Shown one piece after another: positions 61,340 through 64,000 of a DNA stretch of 64,000 bases. Within the stretch, counting starts at the first letter, position 1. Each line of letters begins with the position of its first letter. This stretch comes from Takakia lepidozioides (lineage: Eukaryota > Plantae > Bryophyta): NCBI GenBank assembly GCA_030704615.1, contig CM060733.1, positions 52,762,001-52,826,000 of the forward strand, read 5' to 3'. Both the position numbers and the translations under genes were made by a program. The notes beneath the pieces were generated by a model. The model worked only from the letters and a program-made list of their open reading frames with translations. It did not search any database and was not told the DNA's origin.

Positions 61340-64000
61340 GTTGTGCGCATACATATCGCTACACAACTACATCGCTGTCCAAACCATACCACACATAGAT
61401 GCACAATAAAGTAGTCTGCCACAATGATAAGAAAGCTAAAGGACACACTGTTCACACAAGAAACATGAAATCCCTCAACATCACTCTTTAAGATAATAGT
61501 CGAGCCAGGGGCACCCCAAGCTATGGGGACTCCACCCCACAACAACCTATACCCCTACATAAGCACACTCAGATTCTAAGCATGAAGGAGCTCGGTCGCG
61601 CAGGCTCAACTCGAGAGAGATGAGCTGCGCGACTGACGCTCTCGTGAAGATAAGATGGTTCAGGTGTCAAGCTCAAACTTGACACCTGACTTAACACTTG
61701 AACTAAATCCAAGTGTTAAATACAAATAACTAGTTTTATTCTAGTTAGTTTCACACTGTGTTTATTTAACTTGACAGCTGTCGTGCACATACATATCGCT
61801 ACACAACTACATCGCTGTCCAAACCACACCACACATAGATGCACAATAAAGTAGTCTGCCACAATCGCCCCCCTAGCTGGTGGATAGGTCCCTCTAACTC
61901 CAGATAGCTACAAAATGTAATAGCCACAGCCGTACTAAGTCCTCTATCACTGGCCCTGTTGTACTCAAACTCTATAGACCAAGAGGCTGGGTACAAGAGT
62001 AGCCCCATCGTTAGTCGCCGTCTTGCAATCTGTGAACTTGAGCTAGGATCTCGTGTGTTCAAGGTCTCCTAGTAGCTTGGCCTTGCATTTCTTGTTAGCC
62101 TCCCATGATTATATCCACTGCCACTATCCAATGCATTGTGGAATAACCAATCCCCATCCGGAACCATCTCAAGAGGTGGAGTCAAGCATCACATATGCCA
62201 ACCTCTAGAGCATCGATCACACACCAGCATGGTGGCTGCCCCTTTAGCAGACCCACACAACATGCACCTCAAACTTGTAGATACCACTGCCAGGTTTGGG
62301 TCAATCCTGCCATCGACATTCGGAAGGTGACATGGCGCACAATTACGCACATGGTCCTTCCAAGTTATGCCATCCCGACCCTCCAAGACCAAGACGCCTG
62401 AGGGCAAGACCTCTCGAACCCTCAAAATAACACGTCCTGCAGTCACATCTAAGGTCGTAGGAGCAGTCTGCTGCAGATAGACATAGTCACCAGGGTTGAA
62501 TCTCCAAACCCCAGGACGATAGCCCCCACCACGTATGGTAGCATACCTCAACGTATCACGGTGTTTTGCAATGGCAAGGTTCTCGAAAGCCATGGGCATG
62601 ACTTTCTTGAACAACTCTGCACGCTGCTCATATGCACATGCCCACACGTCTGGATCGTCAAGGTTAAGAACTGTAGCAGCTTCCCTGCGAATGGATGTAG
62701 GCAAATCCGGCTCTTGGCCAAAGAGAAGAAAGTATGGTGAGAAGGAGGCAAGTGATGCTTGCTTGCTGAACCTGTAGCCCATGGCTAACCAGGGTAACTG
62801 AAGGTCCCAATCTCCTAGGTGTCCCTTCTACAAGCCATACTTGCGCAAACCCCTCTTTACTGTCTGAACAACTCTCTCTGCCAAGCCATCAGCCTCAGGA
62901 TGATCCCGAGAAGTGGTGCGGTGGTCTATCAAGGCCTTGTCACACAAAGCCTGAAACTCCCCCAAGAACTCTCTCCCTTGGTCCGTGAGTACCTCAGCTG
63001 GAGCACCGAATCGGCTAAGCACACAATCCAAGAATGCATACGCAGCTCCCTCACTAGCCTTATCGGGCAATGGAACCAACTCAATCCACTTGGAGAAGTG
63101 CTCCACCATCACCAACACGTACTTGTTGTGGCGCATGGTCAGTAGCAACGGCCCTGCGAAGTCAAGACTCCACCTGTAGCCCAATCCCATGATCGGAAGA
63201 GGGTGCAATTGTGGAGTAGGGGCGTTGAATGAAGCACGCACCCTGTCACACACCATGCACCTAGCCACAAATTGTTGCACCTCTGTGTGCATACCACGCC
63301 ACCAATACTGCCCCTGCAGTAGGCTATGAGTGCGTCGCACTCCAAAATGCCCCAACTCCTCGTGGGCATGCCGCACTAACCGTGCCCGCTGTGTTGGGTG
63401 AGGCACAATCCTCACTCGACCATCCTCCCACACTCGGAGCAGGTGTGTCCCCTCCCACTTGAACCTCTTGGCTCGTTGTAGGATCCGATCCCTCTCCTTG
63501 GCAGTCACAGTGGCTGCAGTGTCTCCAGTGCGGAGGTAGTCCAACACAACTGAATCCTCATGTATATCTTTGGCGCCACCTTGCTCATTGCTGGCCTCAG
63601 GGTCCTCAGACACTTGATCTACAGTCATCCCTGTTGCAGGTCCAACCTGGCCTTCCGCTGCCAAGATACACAGAAATGCAGATGCATGCCATCCGGGCAC
63701 CATCTCCTCGTCCGTCTCACCATGCCACCGAGCTCCAGTGTCATCCTGCTGGCTCGTGTATGGATTGCGACTCAACCCATCTACATTGCGATTGACCAAA
63801 CCCGGTCGATGCACAACCTGAAAGTCATATTCTTGAAGGATGAGTGCCCACCGTGCAAGCTTCCCCGTAAGCTTGTCTGACTCCATCAACCACTTGAGTG
63901 GTTGGTGATCCGTGACAAGGGTGAAGAGATTGCCGTATAGATAGCACCTGAAGTGTGTCACGGCCCACACTGCAGCTAAGCATTCTCCCTCATATGAGCT
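61340..64000 (-). mobile_element. Ty3/Gypsy element, 3' part: RNase H, integrase, PHD finger, PPT and 3' LTR (61863-61340)
   Basis: TDHQPLKWL..KLARWALILQEYDF; AHEELGHFG, WSLDFAGP, TDQGREF, HPEADGLAER; CMLC...CDRC..GWHM*C.PPL..VP.GDW; PPT CTAGGGGGGCGA at ~61865-61876. Confidence 0.9.

Overview
Eukaryotic nuclear DNA from a non-seed land plant (moss/lycophyte-like: spliced genes, a PUBS/PebA-type bilin reductase, a PLS-DYW PPR gene, dense LTR and DNA transposons), with one 500-N gap (20660-21159). The standout is the first ~12.1 kb, which looks like the right part of a large, apparently intact DNA transposon. It has four components: (i) a minus-strand ORF running off the left edge (absent from the ORF track) with a GCM-type Zn/DNA-binding domain; (ii) a 53-bp-phased array of ~32 copies of the palindrome (AC)GGAAATGCGG-YR-CCGCATTTCC(GT), whose half-site resembles the GCM binding motif; (iii) a 10-exon gene of ~1398 aa fusing a ParB/Srx-like domain to a beta-class N4C/N6A DNA-methyltransferase-like domain; (iv) a head-to-head pair of unknown paralogues. 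The same palindrome marks every intergenic region and three introns of the element. The rest of the window holds a Gypsy element with extra ORFs, a MULE pseudogene, host genes (BAT2-domain-like, PUBS-like, CASPL4C-like, PPR-DYW, PP2C with a catalytic Asp->Asn change), a young Copia inside a hAT remnant, and a triple nest of LTR elements ending in a Gypsy integrase with a PHD finger. All assignments come from reading motifs by eye; no database search was run.
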